A DNA stretch of 64,000 nucleotides from Yuukianura sp. NJ FZ-2021 (GCA_046563655.1 CM102286.1:6138001-6202000); one strand, 5' to 3'; positions 1-14,200 are shown, counted from the first letter of the stretch. Program-made: numbers and translations. Notes: a model not told the origin generated them from the letters alone.

Positions 1-535
1 AGGAAACAATTCAAATAATCCTTCACCACTTCAAAACTTCAGTTCATTAATTTTTGGAATTTCGAAAAGAGCAGTTGTTTGAAATGTCGAAAATTCATAA
101 TTGGAAGTCCTCTATTTAAAACAGAACAGAAATTACTGAACACGTAGAAAATTTAGAAGTTTCCTGCTTCTGAAATGAACGAACTTACTGTCTATAATTT
201 TCCTAGTATAACAACAAAATGTGCATCTAAATTGAACTCAATTGAAGCACGTCTCTAAACGGATGTATTCTGGAACATCATAGACAACAAAAACAAAGGG
301 ACTTGCGTTAAGCATGCGCAGGCTACAACGTAAAGGAATATAATGAAATGAATAATTCCATACAAAATGAGTCATGCGTAAACTTCAAACCGGAATTACT
401 GTAATCATTAACACTTTGTCATGGATGCTGTTGGGATGCTTCAGAAGATATTACCTCTCTTTGTATGCTGTTCATCTTAAGTGGCGTAATTGGGGGAAAC
501 AATAATTTTGCAATTTATCTCAAGTTTCAACCCTC

Positions 536-761
536 CGGAGATCAAGTCAAGTTTTTAAGCGGTGATTTTTAAAACAACTTCGCAGAACTTTGCCTCAGAG
601 GCAACGTTCTGCAAGAATGCGCCTGGTAGCTGGAACGAATTACTGGTTGTGTGAAAATGCATTTGGTTTGGTTTGAATTTTCAAGTTTTTTAAAACTTGA
701 ACAGAATTTTGAAATTTATGTGGTGTTTAGTTTCTCTAGCCATAAGTTGACTTGAACGCCG
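536..761. mobile_element. Possible aged MITE-like element with inverted termini and internal palindromes
   Basis: 536-553 CGGAGATCAAGTCAAGTT versus the reverse complement of 744-761 CGGCGTTCAAGTCAACTT (15/18). Internal palindromes at 582-612 and 680-701. No target-site duplication seen. Confidence 0.25.
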
Positions 762-3700
762 ACACTTAGAGGTATACCGGAAATTAAAAGTTGCCAAGCG
801 TTGACGATTTATTTTGGTTTAAACTGCAAAACTGCGGAAATGTTTGAAAACTTTCCTTTCCGGATTTTCTTGCCTAAACTCCGCCTCTTTTGACAGGTAC
901 TTTATTAGTAAATAATGGAAATTTAGTGCCAAAACAATTGTCATCCTATAAATTTAGGCGGCAATCAGGCATTTCAAAGTTCCAGTCAGAGTTCAAATTT
1001 CGGGCGCGCATGCTCTGCAGTAGCATGTTTGCATGTGGAATAATTTATAAGAGTATCACCTCCAGTTCATTGACTTCTAAATCTGAAATGCAACTGTGAG
1101 TAATTTGGCTTCAATATTTAAAAACTAAAGTGCATCACCTTGCACTTTTTAATTTGTTATCTTAATATGCTCGCTCAAAAAACATTTCGAAACCTAGTAA
1201 ATCACGCTTAATGGACTGAGTAGAGCTAGTATAATTTCGAAATCATTAAGAAAAAAATTTTTTAGACACTTCAATTTTAAACAAATTTTTCGGTAGGCGG
1301 TGTTTGTCTGCCAAGATTTTTGTTATTACAGGAATCCCCGCCGCCGCTTCCAGAAAACTTTTATTTATACTTCACCGCTGAAGGTGTTAAGAAAGTGGCC
1401 TGAGCTTGACAACTAACAATTTGGGAAGGTGAAGGAGACTTTCTCTGCATTCAAATGAGGTTCCTGCTTTAAAATTCTCCTTGATATTCAATTGACGAGG
1501 GTTTGTAGAGATGCAGAGATGGGCAAAATCGCAGGAACCCATACACTAACCTTGGGAAAGGAATGCTTCTTGAAGCACAAGTCCATGTCGGAGAGAAATT
1601 CTGGACATCCTTGGCCGGACAATATTCAACCACAGAGCTATGAACCGTCAAACTAACATACTAACATATATGTATAAGTTTCCGTCCATAAGTGCCCAGT
1701 TAGGGTCGGAGATCCTCTGAAGAATATCCCTTCAAATCAAACGTCTCATCAGAAATACAGGGTCCCGCCCATTTTTAACGCCTTTCCGCTCCATCTTCTC
1801 ATGCTTAACTAAAGGTTCCGTTCCCAAGGTTTAAAAAATTTGAAGGAAAATAAGCCAAAGTCATAAAAAGATGAAAATGGACTGAGAGGGGCCCTTAAGT
1901 ACTCAGCCTCAGAATGATTCCTTGCCTAAGATGGTTTTGGTGCAGTTATGAGCTAGGGTCTTCCATGATTACTTGGACTGCACTTACCCCATCAGATACC
2001 AAAATCACTTTGATCTTAAGATGTGAAACCCTGCCAAGACCCATTTCAAAAATCCTCTTTCGACTTCTTTACCCCGTGTGAAGCAAGTGAAATTCTGGAT
2101 GGGTTTAGATTCATAATTTATTAGTTTCCTACTGGGGTTAACCATAAATTTATGCAATGAGCCTACACACTATCTTCGAGAAATCTAAACAAGCAACGGT
2201 TAGGTAACCTGCTTGTCTTCCGACAGTTCTACACTGACAACTGTTCAAAATTAAAAGAATTCTAAATCGGACTCATCATGCTAACCACAACTTGTTAGCG
2301 ACTGGACAGGCCTTCCGGTAGCCAGATTTTTTCAAAACCACTTATGCTAAATTCTGAATTATGAAAATGAAATTCTTGAATTCAATCAAGTCTTTTACAC
2401 TTTGTTAACCTTGTTATGTCCAGTGTTTCTGTAATTTAAATTTTTTGATGAGTTCACACCACCACCATATACAAAAACGAAGTGTTACAAAATAGGGAGA
2501 GCACTGCAAGGGGTCTTCACTCCATTTATTGAACTCTGTAAATTATTTCTAAACCTCTGGATAGTCTCACCCTCCTTCAAAAAAGAAAGATGAAAGCCGT
2601 GGGGCTCTTTATTTTTGAAATTTTGTAACTCTGATGACTATGACCTGACCTCATGGACCATCCATTATTTTTTGAAAAAAGTTCACTTTCAATTAGGAAG
2701 TGTCCGGGCGGGGTGCGTTCTTTTAGTCCAATTCCAAGGTGAAGTGGAACGGACATTTTTTGGGTGGAGTCCACGACACAATGGACACAAGAGCCAGAAA
2801 GTGACACTTTGAATAAGAAATTTCCGTTTGAAAAGATTTATGTCATGGTTCCATGGTTTTGGAAAGCACGAGGACTCTCCCTTAGCATATAAGAGAGTTT
2901 TAACAGCGTTGTTAGGTCAGGCAACAAGATGTAGGCCACAAAAACCAAACCAAGGGGCATACTAAAACTTTCAGGAAATTAACACTTTTTTCAAGTGTTT
3001 TCGGGAAAAGTTTCTGAGTGACGCGCACGCACATATTTTCCAAATGAAAACTTTTTTGAAATCATTTGGAGAGGGAGCGCAGATAGTAAGGGTGGGGTGT
3101 GGTGTGATTATCCAGCGCCAAAATTCAATTGAAGTCAAAACCATTTAAGATTTCCCGCGACAACTTAATTATACTTGAAATTCATATCCACTTTAGAAAA
3201 CAGAGTCTGAATAGCTGGGTTTACTGTGCTGGCCGAATCAGTTGAATTTCCGTTCGTCGGAAAAACCAAATCAGAGGCCTGTTTTTTGAAAAAGCAAAAG
3301 CACGGCTACGTTGTGGCGGTTTCCAAATGTTCCAAATCCTCTTTCGGAAGAGTGTCGCTGTCCAAAAGCCCAAAAGCAAAACCGTGTTCGAGTGTCTACT
3401 GAAAAAGAAGCTACCCTCGAACAGCCTTAATTTTTTATGAGGCACTAAACCCTATACTAAGCTTCCAAAGTACGGCTATTGCGATAGGGTCCACACGGGC
3501 GTGCTATTTGAACAAGCTGCAATGCAAGTTCTGAGTAACAGTTTTGTAGCGTCTGCGATTACTAACTATGGAGTTGATTTTGGAAGGAATGAAACTTGTC
3601 ATTGTTCTTGAAGGTAGATTTTGAAATAAAAAAGTTAAAAATTTCACAAGAATTAGAATTTAGTCAGATTAACAGCAACATGTCTGTTCGAAATAAAAGT

Positions 3701-6700
3701 TAGTTTTTGTTTCAAGTGTCGATTTTTGGTGAGCCAACTTTTTTGAAAAAACCAAAACATGTCTCAGCGCATATGATGTCATTAGACTTCCCACACACAT
3801 AGTGCCAAAATAAACAGTTCAGTGTAATCAACACATCTCTTTATGGTCACATTCTACGATCAGTCATTTGAGGTTTGACAGTATGCACTTTAAAGTATTT
3901 GCATATTTACATCTTAGGGGCTTTTTCTTTTTCCAAAAAGAAATCCTGGACTGTTCTGAACAAGGGCAACTTTACATTAGTCATGTAAAGTTTAAAAAAG
4001 GAAGGGCTATAATCCCTGTGGTCCCCTTTTCTCTTCCTTTTAACCAAAAGTAAATAGAAAGGGTGAGACACAGTCAGTGTATCTCCAGGATAAATTTTAA
4101 ACATAGGCAACATCATCGACTTGGAAAATTAGGGAGAGGTTAAACCACACTGGAAAAATGACAAGGGAATTGTTTAAAATCGCTGCAGTGTCTCTCACAA
4201 GGGAGGGAAGCTTTGAAAAAAACGGAGGGAGTAACTATTGATTGACTGATTTGGAAAGCAGCAGGGGATAAACAGACAGATTCTGGTCTGCTTCTGCCGC
4301 ACATACGACATCGACTGAATATCAATTTCAAACTTTCCCTCCTACTCTTTGTTAGGTCTTAAATATTTAAGAGAAAGCACTTTTCCCTTCTGGTGCCCTC
4401 GGGGTCACTTTTACTCCCATGGAAATCCATAGTCATGGGAGGGAGTAATTTCCTTTCCAAATGTCATTAGCCCGCAAGTCTCGTAAGATAAACTTTCTGG
4501 TTAAAAAAAACAAGTACTCAAGAATTACTAAAAGTTTTTCTTAAAGAGAATTTTCAACTTGTTTAGAATTTAGGCCCAAGTCAGGTTTTTGCGCATGCTC
4601 ATTACATAAAGTTTGAAGTGCTTTTGGAATCTTGTATGGCTATTCTTTCCTCCTACGAAATCACATTTGGTAGAGTTAGGTTGAATTTAGAAAATAAAAA
4701 AAAATTCAAATCCAGCAAAACGAGTTTCCAAACGGAAATTTTATTTTGGATTTTTACAACTTCCAGTAAAAGAAACCCAAATTGGAAAATTGCAATTCAG
4801 AAACAAGAATTTGCATTTCAAATTCCCAGAAAACGTGTAAACACTTTTATTCAAAATCTTTTGAATGAAGTTTGTCAAATTTTTTACTTAAAAGTAAGTA
4901 ACTACTTGTAAGTTCAGTAAAAAAAAACTTTTGAATTTGCTTTTACATCAGCACACTCTAAAATTTTCTGTCAAATTTTTAGATAAGACGCATACTCGTA
5001 GCTGTTGAGTTTACAAAATAAGAGTAAGTTTTTTAAAATTTGTTTTCAATGTCGTTGTGCGTCAACTTAAAAATCATACAGAATTTGACACTTTAAGTTT
5101 GTTTGCACGAGTAATGAAAACTTCTTCAAATAAGTTCTTATTTGTAGGAATTTACTGCTGGTTGTTGATTTGAATTTGACATAAGGCTTCATTTATGAGG
5201 AACATGGTCGTGCGGAATCATGCGATTAAATTATTAGACATTGGTGTTGTTAGTGTTTGTGCTGTGGTGAAGATAGGAAGAAAGCAGCAAGGGAAAGTCG
5301 TAATAAAATAATGGATCATGTATCGAAGTGAAAGTCGTTTCTTCTGGGACGTTTCCCCTTGATTCCTCCTGTTTTCCCCCATGATCATAAATGGAAAACT
5401 TTTACGATACGCGTCTTCGACGCCCAAGAAGTGAAGAAAGTACTGTTTCTAGAACCTAACCTAAGCTAAAGCTACGTCTGAAGCTGTAGGTTGAAGTGAT
5501 GATGAGCCTCTTTGGCTCCTTCCTGTACCTACACTTCTTTCTCCCTGCCAAACCAATCTCTTTAATGTGGGCAAAAGAGTAATAAAATAAGAAAATTCCA
5601 GCAGGAAGGAGAAAGTGGGGGAAAGCAAAAGAAATGAGCAAAGGAACAAGAGGGTTTTTCCTGCAACTGGAACACTCGAAATGGCCATACCTACACTCAA
5701 TACAACGTTGTGCAATGTGAGCAAACGCAAAACGTTCAACACGAATAGGTCAAGCTATTCTTAAGCTCAAATACTTACTAGGCTTGGTGAAGGGAGTGCA
5801 ACTACGATAATAATTTGGTGTGAAAAAAATTATACAAGAGATTCAACCTGATACTTGGAGAAAATTTGAGTGAAATTTGGACAAAGTTTTTGCTTTAGTA
5901 TTGTAGCTACTTTTGTGTTGGTAAGTTTGTTCCATGTTGTAGTTTGGACAGATAGCTTTCTCCTGAAGAGAAAGCAGATAGAAATCAATTCAGGGTTAGA
6001 GTGGTGGTAGTCCAGTGTAGTTGTGCTTGGAATCTCCATAGTAACTGCCTCTGCTTTCCCCTCCACTTTCTCCCCTGCTCTCTTGATCTCGCGCGGAATT
6101 CAAAATTGAACAAAGTTCCCTGCTTTCCCCTGTATCTTCTCCCCTTGCACATCTTTACAATCCCCTCTGTACAATCAAATGCAAACACCTTCTTCTTACT
6201 TTCAAGCCTCAAAATAACACAGCATTTTCCAGTTTTTTGTCTTTATATGAACAGGAAATGAAAAATTTGAAATCAAAAGAAAGGTAAATAAAAAAACTAA
6301 GAACAAACAGGAAGTTCAAGAAATTACACTGTTCGTTTCAAAAGTGAAGAAATGACACTATTGTTTGCACTTCGTCTGTCTAGATGAGGCAGGGGCTGGA
6401 CAGGAACTGTCCAATTTCCAACTAAGCTAACTTACATTACGAAGTTTGAAAGACGTAAAATGCCAGTGCTGTAATTGTTTATGACAACATAAAAGGCCGG
6501 GAGAGTGACTCACTACTTTGGTCTGTCTTGGTCATTGAGCATTTGAACTTGACATTAATCTAACCTAGCACGAGTGAGTACTGCTGACTGACTGCTGACG
6601 CGGTTGTTGCACGGAGCATAAACACTCGAGTCCAATTTTCCATCTATAAAAATAACACTTCTGTTGCTTGTTAGAAATAGGATGGTTGGAAATTAGTGTT

Positions 6701-6932
6701 AGACTGTGGTAGTTGGCATACCCAAAAATACCATAGATTTTGTAATTGTCATGGACAGAAAAACGGAGTATGATATGCAGAGTATGACACAATGCTGATA
6801 GTAGTTTGGGCTGATAAAACAATGAGACAAAGATTTGTCTTGTCAGTGTTTCACGACGAGTCGTCACTCGTCAATTGACGTAGGATAATCCCTTAAAACC
6901 GTGAAAGTGGAGCAACAAAATAGTTTTGAAGA

Positions 6933-7967
6933 ATGAAGATTTCATCAGGAATTTTGTGCATTTCCGTGTTGTTCCATTTGGCGAGTTGTGTTTCAGCTCT
7001 AGACTTTTCAAATATGTAAGTATCGAAATTTGTTCCACTTTTGGTTTTTGAATACCCGGATGACTGGCAACCTGTGGGATATTTTTGAAAAATTGTAACT
7101 TTGGCTTTCCCAGAGATCCGATGTATTACTACATCATTGGAGGTACAATAGGAGCTGTTTCGCTATTGATGATTTGTGTATGCTGTTGCTGCTGCAGAAA
7201 GAAGAAATCGAAGGAACGAAGAGTTTCTCCCAAGGATACGATAGGTAACAAAAGACAATGCTTTCGACCAAGAGAATTTTAACTTTTAGGTAATATTTTG
7301 ATAATCTGAAAATTTAGAATTAGAAGTTCCGGAAATTAGAACGTCAGGATCACGGGCAGTTCCAGAACCCGCCGTACCAGAAGTAGCGGATGAGTTGTTG
7401 TTACGATCCGATCCACTCCGAGTTTCCCTCCCTCGGGTTCCGAACAACTCTGAACACCGCGTAACCACAGACGCTGAACATCGAAGACGACTCGATGCCA
7501 TTTTGGCAGCGCAAGCCTCAACAGCAGCAAGAGAAAGCTTTCATGCTGGCAGCACCACACGTGACCATGACCATAGTAGTGGTGGACGCCCTGATAACGG
7601 AACGTCAGGAAATCCTGGACATGTTCCTCTTGAGCACCAGTCGTCACGTCACCATCAACCCACGACACCTCCTGCCAGCACTGTCGGTCAAACAGATTCG
7701 CATGATAGAGTCACCTACACTTCACTATCTGATCGCTATCGAACCACGTTCGATCGCTCTTTCATAGGCGAGGACAATGACAGCATTCTCGCCAGTTTCA
7801 AAAGAATCCCTCCGTCCACTGCCACCGACCAAGGTCACAGGTCAAAAAAATCTGTGCCTCTTCCTACCGCTCAAGAGGAAGAGCAACCAGAGTTCATGGG
7901 TATTAAATTGAAACCGATCGTGCTCAACAAGGCGGGCGGAACTTACATTCCACCGGAAGATTTCTAA
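6933..7967 (+). CDS. Uncharacterised single-pass type I membrane protein (signal peptide, tiny ectodomain, TM, Cys cluster, disordered tail), 3 exons, 287 aa
   Basis: Exons 6933-7015, 7114-7244, 7318-7967; introns GTAAGT..TTTCCCAG (98 nt) and GTAACA..TTTAG (73 nt); 864 nt in frame. Protein: MKISSGILCISVLFHLASCVSALDFSNI-DPMYYYIIGGTIGAVSLLMICVCCCCCRKKKSKERR...-ELEVPEIRTSG...PEFMGIKLKPIVLNKAGGTYIPPEDF*. AATAAA at 8204-8209. Confidence 0.82.
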
Positions 7968-8203
7968 AAAGTGAAAGAACACTTTTTGGAAGCTTATGTT
8001 TCCGGAGAACAAGACAAACCAAAAGACATTTTACTTGTAACATGCTCCTTCCACTTGTTAGAAGATGGTTGCAAGTTTGTAAATTGTAAACTTTTGTATT
8101 TATATAAACACGAAAATTTCGAAATTGAAAAAAATCACTTCATTTTGAAAACGCCCTTAAAAATTCAAGGAAGGAAGCTTTCTTCGATACGTCTTTGTGT
8201 CAA

Positions 8204-8209
8204 AATAAA
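8204..8209 (+). terminator. Polyadenylation signal of the membrane-protein gene
   Basis: AATAAA ~240 nt after the TAA stop at 7965-7967, followed by T-rich sequence. Confidence 0.5.
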
Positions 8210-11200
8210 TTCATTTTTTTGACAAATTAGTTTCACGTATTCTAAAGTTGTGAGTCATATTTTTCAAGTATTTTTTAATCAAAATTTCAAATCTGCGTAT
8301 GCAACAAAACGTTTGATACGATTGGATCAAGTAGATTGTAAATGCACTTTCCATTCAAATCACAGTGATCAAGTAATTGCCTAGAAATTAGTTATTATAA
8401 TTAAAGCAGTTCTTATTTTCGAAAACGGTCCAACAATTTGAGATGAAGTGGACTATAATTAAGAAATTTCCAAAAACTTTTTGACGCCATTTTTCAAAGA
8501 CTTCAAGCACCCACCATCAGAGAGATGAAAAAGAAAGTTGGAGCATCAAGTTTTGATTTCCATAATTGAATTTCCTCAGGAAAATGGAAAATCCACACAA
8601 ATGGAAATTAAGGACACGCTGATATAATGTTGTTGCTCTTTTGGTGCCATCTTGAAACCAAATTTCGTCTGTCTCCACAATAAAAGTCGTTCTCGTAACT
8701 TTGGCAGAGTAGAGGCTTGAACCCTTGACATGTTGGAAATATTTGGCTGTTCAAAGTTATGAGGACATTAGACCTGGATTCTAAGAGTCATCAAGGTAAG
8801 GAATCTCTGTCCAGATTGTAATCATATATTTTCTAGCAACGAAGGGAAACGCCTTCTGACTCCATCCAATCCATCACTTTTTGTTACTGCATGGAGCTAA
8901 TGAGAACCAAACAGAATCTTTTTTTGAAAGAAACGTCGTCTTTTCAGATGAAGATCCACCGTGACAACATTTGCACAACAAAAGGAATGAGGGGAAGGAA
9001 ATGGACATTTAATCCCGGGAAATTTCAAAAAGAAAAAATGGAAAAGGGAGTCATAGATACAGAACTAAGGTCTGAAGTAATCCACTAGTTCTTACACCAA
9101 AAGAAACTTTCAATTGAATGAAAAGGTTTCCATGTCGTAACGTATAGGATTTTGTTTAGGTTGAATAGAACACTAGGCTAAACCATTTTCACACTTCGCT
9201 TCTGCTCAGGTTTTGATGACTTCCCGTTTCCCAGCAACAAAATCCGTTTTTGGAGAAAAAAATGAGGAAATGCGTAGCTCGACGGCAGAAAAAAAAACTA
9301 AACCCAATAAATTATTTTTCGATTTCCTCGAATTTTCTACTACCCAGCCAAATTTTGTATCGAACAGTGTGGATTCTTATAGTTTCCACCAGTTTTGTTA
9401 TTTTTATGTACAACGATTGCATCGACTCTTTTGAGAATTTGAGCAAAAGTATTTTTAAGCATTTTTGGGTTTTTGGACGGGAAAAAACTGTATTGATAGA
9501 TTTGTGTGCATTTTTGCACGCAAGTTTTTGGTGTCAATGGAACGACGCCAGACGAAGGGTGTGTATATAAGTTTCCCAAAAAAATTGTTAGTTCTTCAAA
9601 AAATCTTCGATTTTTTCTGTGTGTGTTCGACGCCTTAAGAGCCACTTAGATTCTCGTTACAACTTTTTGGGAACAAGTTCCAGATACTACTACGAATATA
9701 CACTGCAGTGCAGAGTTACAGACACAAAGACCAAGAGGGAATGAAATTTAAAAAGGCGGATGGAAACACAGAAAGGGAGAAATGAAGCATCTGGTCCCAT
9801 TCTCTCTTCCTTTTAACAGATCACTAACATCTCGCTCTGACCTCTCGGGGTCACCATCTCCTCTACATATGGAGACTAATATGGAAAATGGAGGCAGAAT
9901 TCAAAAACTCCCGTAGTCTTTTAAGTTGATTCAAACTTCCAAGGATTCGAGGCCGTAAAGCCCCAAAGAGCCTTTTACTTTCCCAATGATCCTCTCTGGT
10001 GCCTAGTTAAAGTTCTAGTAATAATAAGTTTTTTTAACATCAAATGATACGCTCTGCTAACGAAACGAGTCTGTAAAAAGTTCTTTAATGTCAAAGCCCA
10101 AAATTCTTGAGAATCATTAGCACATTCATTATGTTCTGTCGTGGAAAGAGCACAGAGCATGAGCATAGGGAAAGCATCATTTCATAATCACAAAGTCTCC
10201 TAATGATACGATTTTTTTCTCAAAAAACAGGAAAAAGAAGTTTTTTTTTCAAAATACCTCATTTGCGTATAAGCTTTCTTTTTTTTTCGAAAAAGTCACG
10301 ATTCTTTGTGCGAAAAAGTAAAACTTCTCATAAAAAAAAGTTTCTTACTTAAGTTTTAGTTGTTAGTTTTTTCCACATCGTTAGTTGGTTGGTTTTGTGA
10401 TTGACATCAAAAGGCATTTGAACTCTAGTTGAATAGAGTATACAACGTTTTTTGAAAAAAAGTAATCCTCTTAGACAGATTCTTTTTGGTGGAGAATGGT
10501 CGACTTTTTTTGGAATTGTGAAATGGTACACTTGGAAAATTGGAGAAAACTAAAAAAGAAGTGAAAGTTGTGTGCTTCAAATCAGGTTCAGCCCTTTGCC
10601 TGTTAGCTGGCTCTTCTTTTTCGATTATATCGAAAACCTCTCCAGTTTCCATTGTGTCCTGGAAGACTCCAGCAGTCGTATCGATCACCACTTATACTTT
10701 TACCTTTTGTGCCAAGGGAATCATCCTTTGCTTTTTCTAAGGCTGCAGAAACTAAGCAAAAAACAAGTTGCTCAAAATCAGAAAAAATTCGTAGCCAAAA
10801 AACTAAGAAAACGGAAACCTAAAGCTAAAAAAGCTTTCGAGCCGGAAATTACAAAGGAAAGAGAAGGAAAAACAAGTTCGGAGGGAACAAGCATCAGCAT
10901 CAGTAGATGAAAATAGGAAGTAGAAAAGTAGTTTTTGATAGAATTTTAATATCATTCGTAGGAGTAGGAGCTTGACAGAGTCGTTCATCAATTTGACAAT
11001 TTTCTTCTTAGACTTTTGAGACTAGAAACGGAGGGAAAAGACGAGTTTTTTACATAGTAGTCGCAGTATGTTTTCGAAATGGTTTTCTAAAAACTAGTTT
11101 CTAAGAAAAAGTTCCAAAAAAGGAAGAAGGAGAAAGACTACTACCTTTTATCCGTCAAATTTTCAAAAATAATCAAATATATGCATCACACGCTTCGTGA

Positions 11201-14200
11201 AGAAGAAACAATCCATCAATATCTCTGGCACATGCTGCTTTCTAAGAAAAAAAAAAGTTTAAAGTACAATTTCAATTTCAATTGTCATCTCCCTTTGCCT
11301 TTTTTGATAGAACAAATGACAAATGTTAGACTTCTATTTGAAGGGATTAGGAATTGAATTATAAAAAACAGCAGGTTTAAAGGGGAGGGCCCTTGGGATT
11401 ACGAGAATAATATTATTACTTATTCTTTAAGAAGATGGAAGTGATAATATTGGCTTAAGAACTGTAAATTCCATTGTGTAAGATAACACTCACTGAACAA
11501 CTGAAAACTCTCCAGCAGCTTTTCTCTTTTTTCAATTTTCAAATTCAGTGAACAAAGGAAATAACAAAAGAAGTCGGAAGATGGAGGTGAAGCAGAAGCC
11601 GGGTGCTTTTGAATCAGCCACGCCCATGTTTTGGATGACTTTTTGATTCCAAACTTTCTTTAAGCTCATGCTGCAAAAACCAGTATTTGAACAGTGGCAC
11701 ACTTTTTTATTTTATTTTTAAAACAACTACAAGCGTTCGTATCACCAGAAAAGTTTTTTCGTGCAAGACTTTTGAGATGTTGCAGATTTCTGGAATGCTT
11801 CTATGTATCAGCAAGCCAAGCGAGATATTTTGTGCAGAATTTTGGTATCGAATGGTATCTAACTTTTCAAAAGTTAAAATAGGAGAGGTTAACTACCCTG
11901 CAGGTAGATGCAGCCGTTTCAAGAGTTCCGGATCTGATGATCTTGAACTTGCGTTGAAATAAAAACGCAATTCAGAACAAAATAGAACAAAAATTTTAAA
12001 GGCTTGAGCCAAAAAGATGCGCTTAGCTTCACAGTTGGATTGGATTCATTCCTAAAGCTGTGAATGCATAATGGATTCCACTGTATAACTGTTTGTGTGT
12101 AAGATGCGTTTGAAAGACCCTCTCTGTTTATCTTTCATCTTGTTTAGTTTCTATTTGTAGAGATGAGGTGATTTACAGAGAAATATTTATTATGTATACA
12201 TTAGACTGGCTAAACAGAGGTTACAGTTCCCACTAGGGTAGTCGTAGTTAGCCCTTATTCTTTGACTCATGATGTATCCAATTCCCCCAGCCAGGAAAAT
12301 GGCCGGTTTGGCCAGGGTATCCCCAATCTGCTCATATTCCCACAGAATAAATAGAGACTTTGGGTCTTTCACTTTATGGTGTGTATCATGGTTCATTACG
12401 GGACACTTCGGTGTGCCTGAGAGATGTCCAATCTAATGACATGGCACTCTGTCCTCGTCCACCGTCCCTTGAGACTGTACAGGAGGAGGGTGGCTTCCCT
12501 TAAAAGCCTATCAGTTCAAAGTTACAAATAATATCCGAGACAATCACTTCTGCCCATCTTACAAAGATGAAACTTTTGAAACCGTAACTGCTGCTGCTCA
12601 AACGAAACTTAAAGACCGTCCATAGAAGCCACAAGCGTAGAATTTTCCCCCCGAAGAAGACTATTCCCATGGGAACCTAACTACCATAGCCTAACCGACA
12701 CCGGGTCTTTTCCATTTCTTGCCCTTCAATCAAAAGAGAACTGTTCAACGTTTAGTTCCATAGACCTCTTCTGCTACATCACAAACTGACAACTCAAAGA
12801 AATATTACTTTCTAGCCTTCTTTTGCTCCATTTCCACCGTCCTTTTTTCTTTTGTTGGTCAGACACCATTAAAATTGAAAAATTATTTCTCGAGTTTCAA
12901 CAAAAGAAATGGAAACGATGCGGATTATGAGCGTAATCATGAGAAAAACTTGTCAAAATTAATAACAACTCAACAATTAAAGTCAACTTTCATTTCCATT
13001 GCCAGTGGGAAAAGCCGCACCATGCGCGTTGACAAGCGGCATCAATTTTTTAAATGTGGAAAATTAGTACTAGTTCAGAAAAATGAATTAAAAAAATATT
13101 CCCATTTGTCCTCGGCAGCTTGCTTTTTTATGTCTGCAAGCTTGGAAATATTTGTGCTTATATTTTCTGCAGAGTGAATTTACGAAAAGTCGCGCATTTG
13201 GTTTTCAATTTGGTGCAATTTGGGAGGTACAACCTGTCCAAAAATGTCTAAAAATGGCAAAGTTACGTTGAAATTTTGAAGTGTTGGTCATGATGGAGGA
13301 GAGGACGGGCGGGATGATGAATGGTTTCTATGTCGAAGGAAACGTTATTTCCTTAAGTAGAAATTTGATAAGGTCTGAGACTTGACCTGGGCCTGACATG
13401 GCCCAGACCTTAATATGGACCAGCCTGACTAGCATTGGACGCCATCATCATTGATCTCGATTAAAAGGTTCACTGCGAGTTCATGAATCATATCTTAAAC
13501 CAAGCCCCTGTACTTTACCGTATCAACACACGCCAACACAACAACACCCATACAAAGTTACCGACTTTTACAACTACTCTACATGGTTCCTGCTTTTTAA
13601 CCAACCAAATCTAAATGTCAACCTTAAAACACTTTCAAAACTTTACAACACTCTAGATTTCAGGTATAAAGTTGAAGCAAAACGCGACTAAAAACTTTTC
13701 TTTGTTTAGGAATAGCATTTCACATTATCCTTACCGTAATCTTTAGTGCAATGTTAGACTAAGGAGGAAATTTAATTTGTCTTAAGATATGAAACGGCTT
13801 TTCATAAAATACGGGTTTTGCTGACAAGGCTTTGGAGCTTTTCTGGCTCTGAGATGGAAATGGAGGCAAAATCTTGGAATATTTTCTAATTTTCTAAAAA
13901 GTTCAACGAGTCGAGATCTCTTTCGTGGTAACGGCATAGGGTTTCATGAAAAATTCTTTTCTCCTAGGTTTCTAGGCAACGCCTTTGGGTTATTACGCAA
14001 AACTGCAAAGTAGCTGAAACTGAATACGGAGACAAGGGCACGGGCAATGTTCACTGCTGCAGAATATGCTGAAACTTGTTCTAACCTCGATGTCATCAAC
14101 ATTACCGTTACCGTTACCAACACCATTCTCTCCATTTTCCAATAATCCTCCCCTCCCTACTCATATTTTCCGCCATGAAACCTTAGAAGAAAAAGCCCGG

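Noticed and set aside
2615..2812. 65-aa ORF vaguely like a lamin-tail domain (NSDDYDLTSWTI)
   Set aside because: TTG start, stop immediately upstream, no splice support, only a few matching residues.
5683..5710. 5S rRNA-like start (GGCCATACC..AATACA)
   Set aside because: Similarity ends after ~24 nt; no internal promoter boxes or 3' stem.
13370..13412. AAGGTCTGAGACT resembling RNase P RNA CR-I, followed by hairpin CTGGGCC-TGACAT-GGCCCAG
   Set aside because: Lacks the preceding GGA, and there is no CR-V (AATTCAGAC-like) partner 200-300 nt downstream. The only complement is local (CAGACCTT).
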